From assembly GCA_963710605.1 (NCBI GenBank), contig CAVQBA010000005.1, forward strand, positions 64,001 to 128,000: a stretch of DNA of 64,000 nt, written 5' to 3'. Made by a program: the position numbers and the translations under genes. The notes under the pieces are model-generated. The model made no database searches and had not been told where the DNA came from. It was given only the letters and a program-made list of their open reading frames with translations. Each line of letters opens with the position of its first letter. Position 1 is the first letter of the stretch. This DNA comes from an uncultured cyanobacterium. GTDB lineage: Bacteria; Cyanobacteriota; Cyanobacteriia; Cyanobacteriales; Cyanobacteriaceae. Positions 34,265 to 45,622 of the stretch are shown piece by piece.

Positions 34265-36442
34265 CTATTCGCCATTATCTTGATTTATTTCTGGGCGAGT
34301 TAAACGATTTAATAAATTTTGAGCGTTTCTATAACCTATTTCATTCCCTTGTTGTTCGTATAATTGTCGGGCTTTTTCTGCGTCAGCAATCGCTTTTTCT
34401 AACTCTCCTTTTAAAGCGTAAAGATTTCCCCGATTGTAGTAAGTATCTGCATAATTAGGATTAATTTCGATCGCTTTGTTATAGTCAGCTAAAGCTAATT
34501 CCCATTTTTGTTGCTCATCGTAAACAAGTCCTCGATTATTATAAACATCAACATAATTAGGATTGATTTCGATCGCTTTAGTATAATCAGCTAACGCTAA
34601 CTCCCATTTTTGTTGCTTGAAGTAAAGATTACCTCGATTATAGTGAGCGTTAACATAATCAGGGTTGATTTCGATTGCTTTAGTATACTCAGCAATAGCT
34701 AATTCTAATTGATTTTGATTAGAGTAAACAAGTCCTCGATTATAATAAGCATTAACATAATTGGGATCAATTTCAATCGCTTTGTTATACTCAGCAATGG
34801 CTAATTCCCACTTCTGTTGATTATAATAAACAAGTCCTAGATTGTTATAAGCATTGATGAAATTAGGATTAAGTTCGATCGCTTGGGTATAGTCAGCAAT
34901 CGCTAATTCCCATTGTTGTTGAGTATAATAAATAAGTCCCCGATTATAATAAGCATTAATATAACTAGGATTAATTTCGATCGCTTTGGTATAATCAGCA
35001 ATGGCTAATTCCCACTTCTGTTGGTCTTCATAAACAATTCCTCGATTATAATAAGCATTAATATAGCTAGGATCAAGTTCGATCGCTTTGGTATAATCAG
35101 TAATCGCTAATTCCCATCTTTTTTGGTTGAAGTAAACAAGTCCTCGATTATAATGAGCATTAACATAATCAGGGTTAAGTTCGATCGTTTTGGTATAGTC
35201 AGAAAGAGCTAATTCCCATCTTTTTTGGTTGTAGTAAACAATTCCTCGATTGTAATAAGCATTAACATAATTAGAATCTAGTTCGATCGCTTGGGTATAG
35301 TCAGCAATAGCTAATTCCCATTTTTTTTGATCGGAGTAAAGATTACCTCGATTATAATAAGCATTAAAATAATTAGAATCTAGTTCGATCGCTTTAGTAT
35401 AGTCGGCAATGGCTAAATCTAATTGGTTTTGATTAGAGTAAACAAGTCCTCGATTATAATAAGCATTAACATAATTAGGGTTAAGTTCGATCGCTTTAGT
35501 ATAATCAGCAAGTGCTAAATCCCATTCTTTTTGGTTGTAATAAACAAGTCCTCGATTATAATAGGCATTGACATAATTACGATCTAGTTCGATCGCTTTA
35601 TTGTACTCAACAATAGCTAAATCCCATTTTTTCTGGTTGTAATAAACAAGTCCCCGATTATAATAAGCATTGACATAATTAGGATCAAGTTCGATTATTT
35701 TGTTATATTCAGCAAGAGCTAAATCCCATTTGTTTTGCTTATCGTAAATAATCCCTCGATTATTATAGGCATTAACATAAGTAGGATCAAGTTCGATTGT
35801 TTTGTCATACTCAGCTAAAGCTAATTCTAATTGGTTTTGATTAGAGTAAACAAGTCCCCGATTATAATAAGCATTGACATAATTAGGATCAAGTTCGATC
35901 GCTTGGGTATAATCAACTAAAGCTAATTCCCATTTCCGTTGCTTAAAGTAAACATTACCTCGATTATAGTGAGCGTTAACATAATTAAAATCAAGTTCGA
36001 TCGCTTTAGTATAATCAGCAATTGCTAATTCCAATTTGTTTTGATTAGAGTAAACTAGTCCTCGATTATAATAACCATTAACATAATTAGGATCAATTTC
36101 GATCGCTTTGTTATACTCCGCAATCGCTAATTCCCACTTCTGTTGATTATGATAAACAAGTCCTAAATTGTTATAAGCATCAACAAAATTAGGATTAAGT
36201 TCGATCGCTTTGTTATACTCCGCAATCGCTAATTCCCATTGTTGCTCAACTCTATAGATATTTCCTTGATTGTAGTAGCTAGCCGTAGCTTCATCAATTT
36301 GATTATTTTGAGCTATTTGCCGATTTTTCTCTTCACTGATACGAGGTTTTTCAATTAAGTTATTGGTGGTAGCTAAATTAAATGCCTTAGCAGAGTTAGG
36401 GAAATAAAGTAGCAAAATAATTAGACCAATGTATTTTTTCAT
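34265..36442 (-). CDS. Signal-peptide-bearing tetratricopeptide repeat protein, 19 tandem TPRs
   Basis: 34-aa / 102-bp units AYYNRGLVY...A.A.Y.KAIEL.P.Y; hydrophobic N-terminus ending AKA. Confidence 0.92.
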   Translation of the reverse strand: MKKYIGLIILLLYFPNSAKAFNLATTNNLIEKPRISEEKNRQIAQNNQIDEATASYYNQGNIYRVEQQWELAIAEYNKAIELNPNFVDAYNNLGLVYHNQQKWELAIAEYNKAIEIDPNYVNGYYNRGLVYSNQNKLELAIADYTKAIELDFNYVNAHYNRGNVYFKQRKWELALVDYTQAIELDPNYVNAYYNRGLVYSNQNQLELALAEYDKTIELDPTYVNAYNNRGIIYDKQNKWDLALAEYNKIIELDPNYVNAYYNRGLVYYNQKKWDLAIVEYNKAIELDRNYVNAYYNRGLVYYNQKEWDLALADYTKAIELNPNYVNAYYNRGLVYSNQNQLDLAIADYTKAIELDSNYFNAYYNRGNLYSDQKKWELAIADYTQAIELDSNYVNAYYNRGIVYYNQKRWELALSDYTKTIELNPDYVNAHYNRGLVYFNQKRWELAITDYTKAIELDPSYINAYYNRGIVYEDQQKWELAIADYTKAIEINPSYINAYYNRGLIYYTQQQWELAIADYTQAIELNPNFINAYNNLGLVYYNQQKWELAIAEYNKAIEIDPNYVNAYYNRGLVYSNQNQLELAIAEYTKAIEINPDYVNAHYNRGNLYFKQQKWELALADYTKAIEINPNYVDVYNNRGLVYDEQQKWELALADYNKAIEINPNYADTYYNRGNLYALKGELEKAIADAEKARQLYEQQGNEIGYRNAQNLLNRLTRPEINQDNGE

Positions 36443-37037
36443 TTTGGGTAATGAATATTTTATTAAAATATCAACGTATTAAATAATTAAGTATCCTTAT
36501 TCTAAGATAATTTGATAATTTAGTAATTTAAGCAAAAAAACAGATATCAAAAAAGTTTACGAAATCTATTAACCCAAATGAAAATACTTCTAAAGACTAG
36601 ATTGTCTTTCTTTTCTTACTTTGCCTAGATACTTACTATTTCTGGCTTCTAAAGCTCTTGCTTGGTCATAAAAATGATTAATATCGATCGTATTAAGTAA
36701 TATTAAGTTATCAGTAAATGAATCAAATTAATTAGTATTACAATCATTGCTAATTACTCATTAATCGCACCCTATCAAAACACGATCAAGCATTTTATTA
36801 TATAGTCTTATACAAATAACAATGAAACGATTTTTGGATTGAGGATTGAAATTTTAGTTTAATTAATTAAACACTTTTTACATAATTCGACTACCGCTAA
36901 GTACAAGTTGCTGAAATTGAATTTCGGAAGTTCGCTCAATTTCCTCGTCAGTCTAAATTTAGTTTGTAGCGGATTCTATTAGCATTGCAATGATAATTAA
37001 TTATTCGACGGGTTTTATACTTCTACTTAAAATATTA

Positions 37038-37239
37038 TATAGCGTTTCCCATACTTGTGAAGTACAGTTAGCGATCGACAAGTCCCCATAAATAAAAGCG
37101 AAGCATCCTTAAATTTCCCCCTTACAAAGGGGAGGGGCTGTCACCTGAATTGATTTCAGGTGCTTGTAAGCCCCGTGGCAAGGGGGATGGGGACCAGTGG
37201 GGGATCGATATGTACCTCGTAATGGTGATAATTGCTATA
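37038..37239 (-). mobile_element. MITE with TATAGC...GCTATA ends, inverted copy with several nested inserts
   Basis: Flanks identical to 26063-26171; interior has modules shared with 4911-4961 and 21265-21282. Confidence 0.85.
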
Positions 37240-37462
37240 ATTACTATTTCATCTATTTATTAAAACGACTATAGCTATCCTACTATTAAATCATTTGTGA
37301 AAAATTAACTAATAATTGAAAGTAATAAAATTATTAAATATACTGACTTCTGACTCTTTTCTCCACAAAAAAGAAGGGAGCAAGCAAAGCATTTTGCCTA
37401 TCCCTTAATTCTTTGTTTTATCTTATTGTCTATCTGTTTTTACTTAATAAAGAGCTTTCAAA

Positions 37463-38020
37463 TTAACTAGAAGTTTGAGTGGCAAACATTTCTTTTAACT
37501 TGTTTAATTCATCAGCCCAACGTGGGTCAGGTTGTACAGATTGAGATACTGAGCCACTACGAGAAGTTTTACTTTTATCAGTATTTTTACGACCTTTTTT
37601 ACCTTTATTTTCATTACGACGAGGTTTGTTCTCATCGTTACTAAGTGTAGGCGTACTAGTAGGAGTAGCTGTTGTTGTTGTTTGCTCTTCATCAGAGGTA
37701 GTTGCATTTTCAGCTTCACCTTCTGGGGTATTGTTTTTACGAGGTAATGCTTTTTCAATTAACAAGATAAAATCGCTACCATCTTCATCCTTATAGACTT
37801 CACCATTATAAATAAAGGGCTTTTCATTATATTTACTAATAAATTCTTCTGCGGCTTCATCAGTCGGTACGGTAACAAAGCCAAACCCACGACATTCTTT
37901 TTTCTTTCTTTCTCTAATTAGTTTGGTGGAGAAAGAAGGTTCAAATTCACTGAACATTCCTTCAAAATTTTCTTTTTCGATCGCCGCTTTAGGTAACTTA
38001 ACATAAAGACGTACAGACAT
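37463..38020 (-). CDS. RRM-domain RNA-binding protein (long cyanobacterial Rbp type)
   Basis: MSVRLYV, RNP1 CRGFGFVTV, IEKALPR, C-terminal QPDPRWADEL; GGAGG upstream of ATG 38020. Confidence 0.85.
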   Translation of the reverse strand: MSVRLYVKLPKAAIEKENFEGMFSEFEPSFSTKLIRERKKKECRGFGFVTVPTDEAAEEFISKYNEKPFIYNGEVYKDEDGSDFILLIEKALPRKNNTPEGEAENATTSDEEQTTTTATPTSTPTLSNDENKPRRNENKGKKGRKNTDKSKTSRSGSVSQSVQPDPRWADELNKLKEMFATQTSS

Positions 38021-38447
38021 TTGGTTTTCCTCCATTGGTGTAATTATTTTTGCTAAGTAAATTTATAAAATTACTACAGATTAACTCTGATTTTCACAAT
38101 AAATGAGCTAGTAAACTCGCATTTGAGTAACTAACTCTAGATGATTGATTTATCAACTTGATTTCATCTTGAGATGAACTAGTTAAAATCATTGACTTTG
38201 TTCTTATTAATTTATTTATGAGAGTTTTTTTAATCGTTTCTTTAATATTAAGAATAATCTGAACTTTTACTGTTTTACTTTATATTCTTGTATTTGCCTG
38301 ATCACCCTATATCGTATCACACTTGTTATCTTCTGTTAAGTATTATTTCTTATCACTTTGGCTTGATTAGTTATTTGTTATCTTAAAAATTGAGTAATTT
38401 TAGCGTTAACAGCGATCGTCAAATAATAATCGATTATTGCTCAAACT

Positions 38448-40043
38448 TTAAGCGATCGAACTTAATTTTAAATTAGGGTGATCAGCTTGTAACTGATTCA
38501 CATTCCAAGCATTACGGAATAGTAACACAGGACGATCGAGTGCATCTTTCACTGTCATGGTATTAAAAACACGTCCAATTTCAGCCAAAGCATCCCAACC
38601 ATCAACTACCCAACGAGCAACACTGTAAGGTAAAGGCTCTAAATTAGTTTCCACATTATATTCACTCTGCATTCTAAATTGTACTACTTCAAATTGCAAC
38701 TGCCCTACAGCGGCTAAAATTGGATCACGAATAAAATCATCCGCCGCCGACATTACTTGAATCGCACCTTCTTCTTGTAATTGTCCGATTCCTTTTTGAA
38801 ATTGTTTAAATTTAGAAGGGTTAGGATTTTTTAAATAACAAAATAATTCAGGAGAAAACGAAGGAATACCTTCATACTCTAGTTTTTGACCTAAATAAAT
38901 CGTATCACCGATCGCAAATACCCCTGGGTTATTCAAACCGATAACATCACCAGGATAAGCGTGAGCAATTGATTCTCTACCAGAGGCAAATAATTTTTGG
39001 GGGTGAGACAAACGCACTGTCTTACCAGAGCGAGCATGAGTCACAGTCATATCTTTTTCAAACTTGCCTGTACAGACTCGGATAAATGCAACCCTATCTC
39101 TATGTTTCGGGTCCATATTTGCCTGTAATTTGAAGACAAAACCACTAAAATCAGGATGAGTCGGTTCTAAATTACCTATATTTGATTTTCTAGGTGTGGG
39201 TGATAAAGCATAATCTAGAAAAGATTCTAAAAATAAACGCACCCCAAAATTAGTCATTGCTGAACCAAAAAATACAGGTGTCATTTCTCCTTTATGAATT
39301 GCTTCTAAGTCAAGTTTTTCCCCAATCTCATCAAGAATTTCAATTTCTTCAAGGGTTTTGGCGTATAATTCTTCACCAATATATTCGACTAAACGATCGT
39401 CTCCTGCGGGGATTAAAGTTTCGGGAATCTCTTTACTACCATGAGCGATTCTTTCAAATAAATGAAACATTTTTTGACGACGATCGTAAACACCTTTAAA
39501 GTAATCACCATTACCAATCGGATAATTAACAGGATAAGTCTTTAAACCTAACTCTTGTTCAATCTCATCTAATAACTCTAACGCCTCTCGCCCTGGACGA
39601 TCCATTTTATTAACAAAAGTAAAAATGGGCAACTTACGTAATTTACAAACTTCAAACAACTTACGAGTTTGAGGCTCTAAACCCTTAGCCGCATCAATTA
39701 ACATCACCGCATTATCTGCCGCCGCTAAAGTACGATAAGTATCTTCACTAAAGTCTTGGTGTCCGGGAGTATCTAGTAGATTGATTTGATAATCTTCGTA
39801 GGCAAATTGTAAAACAGTAGAAGTAATTGAAATACCTCTTTGTTTTTCTAATTCCATCCAATCAGAAGTTACTCTTCTTTGTTCACCACGAGCTTTAACC
39901 GCACCCGCTTGATGAATAGCACCCCCATAAAGTAAAAGTTTTTCGGTCAGGGTTGTTTTACCCGCATCAGGGTGAGAAATAATCGCAAAATTACGACGTT
40001 TATTAACAGCAGAGATTAATTCTTGTTCGATCGTTGCAGACAT
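38448..40043 (-). CDS. prfC: Peptide chain release factor 3
   Basis: [50 protein letters not shown]. Confidence 0.97.
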   Translation of the reverse strand: MSATIEQELISAVNKRRNFAIISHPDAGKTTLTEKLLLYGGAIHQAGAVKARGEQRRVTSDWMELEKQRGISITSTVLQFAYEDYQINLLDTPGHQDFSEDTYRTLAAADNAVMLIDAAKGLEPQTRKLFEVCKLRKLPIFTFVNKMDRPGREALELLDEIEQELGLKTYPVNYPIGNGDYFKGVYDRRQKMFHLFERIAHGSKEIPETLIPAGDDRLVEYIGEELYAKTLEEIEILDEIGEKLDLEAIHKGEMTPVFFGSAMTNFGVRLFLESFLDYALSPTPRKSNIGNLEPTHPDFSGFVFKLQANMDPKHRDRVAFIRVCTGKFEKDMTVTHARSGKTVRLSHPQKLFASGRESIAHAYPGDVIGLNNPGVFAIGDTIYLGQKLEYEGIPSFSPELFCYLKNPNPSKFKQFQKGIGQLQEEGAIQVMSAADDFIRDPILAAVGQLQFEVVQFRMQSEYNVETNLEPLPYSVARWVVDGWDALAEIGRVFNTMTVKDALDRPVLLFRNAWNVNQLQADHPNLKLSSIA

Positions 40044-40293
40044 TAATTATTTGTTTAATAGTTGATATTGGATAGTTAATAGTTAGTTTTATTTTTACCG
40101 AAGAAGCGTATTGCTCAACTAGCACAAATTATTTTACACCAAAACTAATTAATTTTTTCGTGTTTAAGGCGTAAAAGTTCTTACCGCATAAACTAAAACT
40201 TAGATTAAACGACAATTTTAGTTGTAATTAACAAAAAGAAATGCTTTAAAATATTGATATAATTTTTTTATTATATCTTATAACATTATTCTT

Positions 40294-40911
40294 ATGACTA
40301 AAATAGAAGAAATATCAGGAAATAACATAACAGAAATATCAGAAAAACAAATAGAAGAACAGAAATTACAAGAAATTTACTTAATTTTATCTCAAATGTT
40401 TAAAAGAGAAGAAATAGCGGCTAAAGCTATTGTTGGTTGTTTGTATGATATTGCTACGGTTAATGTGGTTAATCGATATGTTGGTATTTGGGGAATCAAT
40501 CAAACTCTTAAATATCTAGCACGTTTTCCACGCCCTATTGTCAAAACCTTAGCTGTTAAGTTATATGTGCAACCTCGATGCCCTAAATTGATCACTGATT
40601 GGTTTTTTACTTTAGTCGAATTTCCGATTCAAACGGCTCAAATAATAGAAGGAGATAGAACGCATATTGAAGTAGAAGAAGAGCAAAAACAGATTCAAGT
40701 TGAGACTTTACCCGTTCGTTTAGAGCAAGAAGAGCAAAAGCAAAGAAAAATTAAGTCTTTGCAAGGACAAGTCAGAATATTGACAGGTACATTAGTCACC
40801 ACGATTGTTGTTTTTAGCGGTAGCATTTTGTGGGTTGCTAATAACTTACAAGTTAATCCACTAGATTTATTAACCACAACTCAAGCAAAAACTGTTGATT
40901 ACGAGCAGTAA
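40294..40911 (+). CDS. Hypothetical protein with C-terminal coiled coil and TM helix
   Basis: 205-aa ORF; hydrophobic ILTGTLVTTIVVFSGSILWV. Confidence 0.65.
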   Translation: MTKIEEISGNNITEISEKQIEEQKLQEIYLILSQMFKREEIAAKAIVGCLYDIATVNVVNRYVGIWGINQTLKYLARFPRPIVKTLAVKLYVQPRCPKLITDWFFTLVEFPIQTAQIIEGDRTHIEVEEEQKQIQVETLPVRLEQEEQKQRKIKSLQGQVRILTGTLVTTIVVFSGSILWVANNLQVNPLDLLTTTQAKTVDYEQ

Positions 40912-41515
40912 TCACTAAATAGTCTCTGAGTAGATATCTACCTAGAATTACTTTTTGTTTCAGTTAATCAAAGATTTGGTACGTTAATCAAGCAGTATAT
41001 ACATTGAGCAATCGATCGTAACTGCTAATTTTTTTGCTCAAATTTCACCTATATATCTAACTATGAGACTTCTAGTCTTGATAAATTTATCGGTTGTGGG
41101 AACGATCATCTTAAGGAATACGTCTTAATTAGTAGATGTTAAATAGAAAATCAATTTAAATATATCATATAAGTAAATCTAAACTGATTAAATAGTAGTT
41201 TTAAAATAAAATTAACCGCTTAATTTTAATATGATATAATAGAAATTAAGTGATGATAAGAAAAGCTATTTTTACTCGATGAGTAAGAACAATTATAATA
41301 TGAAAAATTCATTCTATGTGAGTGAAATACTGACTGAAGAATATAGTCATATCTCAAGATTTATCCCAACAATACCATGACTTATTGAGTTGTCTAAATA
41401 TTTTAATCTCAGCTTAATAATTGTTCGTTATGATAGATAAATTAATGTTCAATACAAGTAAGCGAAAGTATTTATAAATCTTGTTTATTATGATCATTTA
41501 TCGGGAGTTGCCTTA

Positions 41516-41971
41516 ATGATTTCAATTTCATCACCCCCCACTATACGTAGTTGGAAAACTGTTAGTTTTGCTTCGACACTGCACCTTTATCCCATCCTCG
41601 ATTTGCTTCTCAAAAAAATCCCGACACAACTTCATCCAGAAATTAGATTAGGATTGCAAGAAGCATTAGTAAACGCCGCTAAGCATGGTAACAGACTCGA
41701 TCCTTGTAAAACAGTAAAAGTCAAGTTTTGCTATAAAAAAAGTGAATATTCATGGATAGTATGCGATCAAGGCGACGGTTTTGAGCAAGAATCAAATTAT
41801 TCTTTTGATGATGAAAATTTACCTGCGGTGGAAGCTGAAAACGGCAGAGGATTCTGTCTTTTACATCAAATTTTTGATCGTGTTACTTGGAATCCTCAAG
41901 GTACAAAAGTAGAACTATACAAACAAGTTGATCATAACTTACCAAATTATTCTCGATTTAAATTTTATTAG
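41516..41971 (+). CDS. pmgA: Anti-sigma-factor-like ATP-binding protein (PmgA-type)
   Basis: SFASTLHLYPILDLLL, EIRLGLQEALVNAAKHGN, DQGDGF, ENGRG. Confidence 0.82.
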   Translation: MISISSPPTIRSWKTVSFASTLHLYPILDLLLKKIPTQLHPEIRLGLQEALVNAAKHGNRLDPCKTVKVKFCYKKSEYSWIVCDQGDGFEQESNYSFDDENLPAVEAENGRGFCLLHQIFDRVTWNPQGTKVELYKQVDHNLPNYSRFKFY

Positions 41972-42055
41972 ATTTTGAGCATTGAAACTAAAGTTATTAG
42001 CTCATAGTTTAATAGTCATTAAAATTTAATAAGTACTAATCACAGATAAAACAAA

Positions 42056-42349
42056 TTATGATTGATTAGGTATTTTTTTATGCCCATGAGAAGGGCAAGG
42101 AAGAGGTTTAATACTTTTATCTAACCATCCTTGTGCTTGGCTAATTCTTTCTAAAGCTTCTTGCGTTTCATCGTTTAAGAGATAGACTAAACCAGAGGCT
42201 AGTTGTTGTAAAGCTTGGGCTTTACGATCGTTTTTTAGTTTATGCCAATCATAGCTACTAATAGTGAGTTTTAAAGCAAGTAGTTGTGCTAATTCTAACT
42301 CACTTAAATTTTGCTCGGTAGAATTATTAACTGGGGATTGAGTATTCAT
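42056..42349 (-). CDS. Conserved cyanobacterial protein (DUF6439-like)
   Basis: LELAQ...DWHKLK...GWLD...PCPSHG; convergent with pmgA. Confidence 0.7.
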   Translation of the reverse strand: MNTQSPVNNSTEQNLSELELAQLLALKLTISSYDWHKLKNDRKAQALQQLASGLVYLLNDETQEALERISQAQGWLDKSIKPLPCPSHGHKKIPNQS

Positions 42350-42398
42350 GTGGTTATAATTAAGTACAATAAATAATGTAATCGTTTTTTATTGTAAG

Positions 42399-42761
42399 AT
42401 GTCTAACGAACAAAAAGCTTCCGAATCCGCAACACAAGTTAGTATAGAAGAGCAGATTACTGAGATAGAAGCCTCATTAGACAAAATAAAACAGCGTTAT
42501 CAACAAATAGAAATAGATAATCTCAGAAAAACTGAATTAATCGAGCAAAAATCGGCAATAAAAGAAAAACTCCCAAAAAATAAACAAGATTCTCTCAAAA
42601 GTGAATTGCAATACATCGAAGACGAATTAAACGAGATAGAAGTACGTTTAGAAAGCGAATTATTTAAATGGAGTAATTTTATTGAACCCTTTTGGCAAAT
42701 AGTCCGTTTTGTCGGGATCGGGATTGTGATAGGTTGGTTTTTAAATGTTTATAATGGCTAG
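42399..42761 (+). CDS. Coiled-coil protein with C-terminal TM helix
   Basis: Heptads, then LES...EPFWQIVRFVGIGIVIGW. Confidence 0.7.
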   Translation: MSNEQKASESATQVSIEEQITEIEASLDKIKQRYQQIEIDNLRKTELIEQKSAIKEKLPKNKQDSLKSELQYIEDELNEIEVRLESELFKWSNFIEPFWQIVRFVGIGIVIGWFLNVYNG

Positions 42762-42801
42762 TTTTTAAAAAATCAAAACCTAGATTATTAGTTAAGACTG
42801 A

Positions 42802-43149
42802 TTAATGACGATGAGGTTGTTTGACTATATCGATCGTACCATCACGAGTATATTCAAAAATATAACGATTATTTTCTCTCAACAAGTAAGTTTTGAGTAC
42901 ATCAAAATTATTTTTAAAAGCTATTTTTTCATATTCCCAATATTCCCAACATTTACCCGGTGCGAGAGAAAAATTTTTTCGAGTATTATAATCTTCATCA
43001 AACATGGTAAAACCATGAGTCACTTTAGTATAGTTGCAGATATAAAAACCATCATCAGTATGATCAGCCAAAGCTGATTTAGTTGTCACATTAGAAACGG
43101 CTAAGGCACATACTAAACTAGTAGAAAAAGCAATCAACTTCTTGTACAT
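42802..43149 (-). CDS. Small putative secreted protein
   Basis: Signal peptide MYKKLIAF...SALA followed by an aromatic-rich beta-type domain with two Cys. Confidence 0.6.
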   Translation of the reverse strand: MYKKLIAFSTSLVCALAVSNVTTKSALADHTDDGFYICNYTKVTHGFTMFDEDYNTRKNFSLAPGKCWEYWEYEKIAFKNNFDVLKTYLLRENNRYIFEYTRDGTIDIVKQPHRH

Positions 43150-43414
43150 AAAAATCAACGATTATTTTTGCGATATTAACTGATACATAATAACAAGTCT
43201 ATAGATTAGTCCTAGTCTTAATGATGATAAGTAATTGTGAATTGTAATGAATATTGATAATTGTTTACTTATTTTAATTACTTTAAAAGTCAAATAGATA
43301 CTGTTATCAAAAAAAGAAGATGTAAATGAAATACTGTTCTTGTCGTAAAATAGAGCATTTTTTGATTATAGTTGAGATATAACGGTATTTAAATATCAAC
43401 TATCAACTACTTAA

Positions 43415-45619
43415 ATGAGTATCAATAAAACTACTCAAATTCTCAGTATTATCGAAAAGCGTCGCCCTCTCGCTCTGCAAATCAAAAATGTTGAGGATAA
43501 TCTTCGCTCTCTTATCAATACCTTAATCGATCTGGAAAGTTATAAAAACCAATTAATAACCAAAATTGATGAATCTCATATTGTCGGACGTTTACAAGAA
43601 ATAGATTGCTCAAAAATCCAAACCGAGATAGAAACCGAGTTATTAGCCTTAGCCAAACTAAAAGGACGTTTTGAACGTGATACTCTTAATATTGGTGTTA
43701 TCGGTAGAGCAAGACAGGGTAAAAGCCGTTTACTTCAAAGTCTGACAGGGCTAACTAGTGCGGAGATTCCTGATGGTGATTTACAAGATTGTACAGGTGT
43801 TCGCAGTACTATTCATCATAATGCCAATGTGGAAACTTATGGCGAAGTTTGGTTTTATTCAGTGCAATCGTTTCTTAATCAAATTATTATTCCTTATTAC
43901 GAAAAATTACAACTAGGTTCTCGTCCTGCTAATTTGGAAGTCTTTAAGCAAAATCCATTGCCACCATTACCAGAGAATTTGAAAGGATATGCTAACGCCG
44001 AAGCAATGTATGAGCATCTTAGACGTTATCACGAGCATTTCAATCGATATTCGTCTTTACTCCAAAGTACTTCTCCTCGCCGCATTAGTAAAGAGGAAAT
44101 AAGGCAATATGTTGCTCAAGATGATAGACAAGGAGAACGTATTTATCTCAATTATTTAGCGGTTAGAGATGTCAAAATCACTTGTCAGTTTCCTGATGAG
44201 CAAGTTGGTAAAATCGCCCTGATAGATATGCCGGGGTTAGGTGATACAGGAATAGGTGATGAAGAGCGTTTAGTTAAAACATTAGGAGAAGATGTCGATC
44301 TAGTTTTACTAGCAAGGATGCCTAAACCGGCGGGGGATTCTTGGACGAGAGAAGATACTCAGCTTTATGACTTAGCCAAAGATTCTTTGATTGAGTTACC
44401 TTTTGAGCAATGGTCTTTTTTAGTACTTAATCATCTTAAAGCACATCCTAAATATGGTGATAATTTTACCGCTTGTCAAGGGTTTGTACAAACGATGAGT
44501 CAAAAAGGAATCAATGTCGCTAATTATGTGATTGCCGATTGCTCTAACCAAGAAGAGGCAGGGGCATTATTAGATTTAATTTTAAATTATATGCAACAGC
44601 AAATAGTCGGTTTAGATCGTTTATATGCTCGTACTTGTCAAGAAAGATTGATGATGCTTCAGGCGACAGTAAATGCTGAGTTAGTTAAAGCACAAACTGT
44701 TTTAGGAGAGATAAGCGATCGAGATAAATGGTATCCTTTATTCTTGATGTTGTTTAATGATTTGTGGAGTAGTTTAACTAATAATTTAGAAAACTTGCTC
44801 GAAGAATTACGAGAAAAACGAGATCAACAAGATTGGGATTTCAAACAAAAAGTAGATAAAGCCTTAGAAGCTTGTCGGCAAGATACAGGTATTCCTGCGG
44901 TGACAGAAATTGAAAGAATCGGCAAACAAGAAAAAGGTTATCCTAATGCTTATTACCAATTACTTAATCAAATTCGTCCTCATTTATCACAACATTTTTT
45001 ATTACTTGACGAAGGATTAAAAAAAGGTATAGATAAAGTAAAAACTGAAGTCGCAGAAGTTATCGCCGATAGTGGTAGTTTACAAAATATGACTACTGCT
45101 ACTGAGATTGAATTTTTAGAGCAGATGACAGAATTAATTCCTGAATCTTTAACTCAACTAAAATTAGGATTTACAATTTTAACTAATTTTACTTTGCAAT
45201 ATCGAGGAATGATTCAACACCGTATTCGGCAACATTTAGATAACCTTGTACCGAACGAAACAGATTTACAATTATCGACTTCACCTACTGCTCAAGAAGT
45301 CTCAGATTTACTACATACAGCTCATGCTGAGGCTTTATATGCTTGTGAAGGGGCATTAGATGATTTGTTAGCTGAACCATCTCAGGCGGCGTTTGCGATC
45401 GTGGAGGAGTTTTTAGATCAAATTTTACGGGCAAAAGAGGCAAAAGATCAATGGCGTATTTTGACAGAAGAATTTCGATCGCAAATTTGGCGTGATCAAT
45501 TCACTCAATTAGGAGAAAAAACCCGAACCAGAAAACAATGGTTAGAGTTAGTGGCTACTGCTGTAAGTCATAATCAAATAAGTGCTTGGCAATTTTTAGA
45601 TATACGAGGAGAAAATTAA
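43415..45619 (+). CDS. Dynamin-like/TRAFAC P-loop GTPase with long helical N- and C-terminal regions
   Basis: G1 GRARQGKS, G2-like DCTG, G3 DMPG, G4-like VLNH; 734 aa. Confidence 0.8.
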   Translation: MSINKTTQILSIIEKRRPLALQIKNVEDNLRSLINTLIDLESYKNQLITKIDESHIVGRLQEIDCSKIQTEIETELLALAKLKGRFERDTLNIGVIGRARQGKSRLLQSLTGLTSAEIPDGDLQDCTGVRSTIHHNANVETYGEVWFYSVQSFLNQIIIPYYEKLQLGSRPANLEVFKQNPLPPLPENLKGYANAEAMYEHLRRYHEHFNRYSSLLQSTSPRRISKEEIRQYVAQDDRQGERIYLNYLAVRDVKITCQFPDEQVGKIALIDMPGLGDTGIGDEERLVKTLGEDVDLVLLARMPKPAGDSWTREDTQLYDLAKDSLIELPFEQWSFLVLNHLKAHPKYGDNFTACQGFVQTMSQKGINVANYVIADCSNQEEAGALLDLILNYMQQQIVGLDRLYARTCQERLMMLQATVNAELVKAQTVLGEISDRDKWYPLFLMLFNDLWSSLTNNLENLLEELREKRDQQDWDFKQKVDKALEACRQDTGIPAVTEIERIGKQEKGYPNAYYQLLNQIRPHLSQHFLLLDEGLKKGIDKVKTEVAEVIADSGSLQNMTTATEIEFLEQMTELIPESLTQLKLGFTILTNFTLQYRGMIQHRIRQHLDNLVPNETDLQLSTSPTAQEVSDLLHTAHAEALYACEGALDDLLAEPSQAAFAIVEEFLDQILRAKEAKDQWRILTEEFRSQIWRDQFTQLGEKTRTRKQWLELVATAVSHNQISAWQFLDIRGEN

Positions 45620-45622
45620 TCA

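Noticed and set aside
34440-36280. Regularly spaced repeats resembling a CRISPR array
   Set aside because: The 102-bp period is in frame and encodes TPRs; there are no unique spacers and no cas genes.
36885-36975. Imperfect long hairpin (CCGCTA...TAGCGG) as an sRNA
   Set aside because: Pairing is weak and it starts with a TTCGACTAC-type motif typical of small cyanobacterial repeats; support is insufficient.
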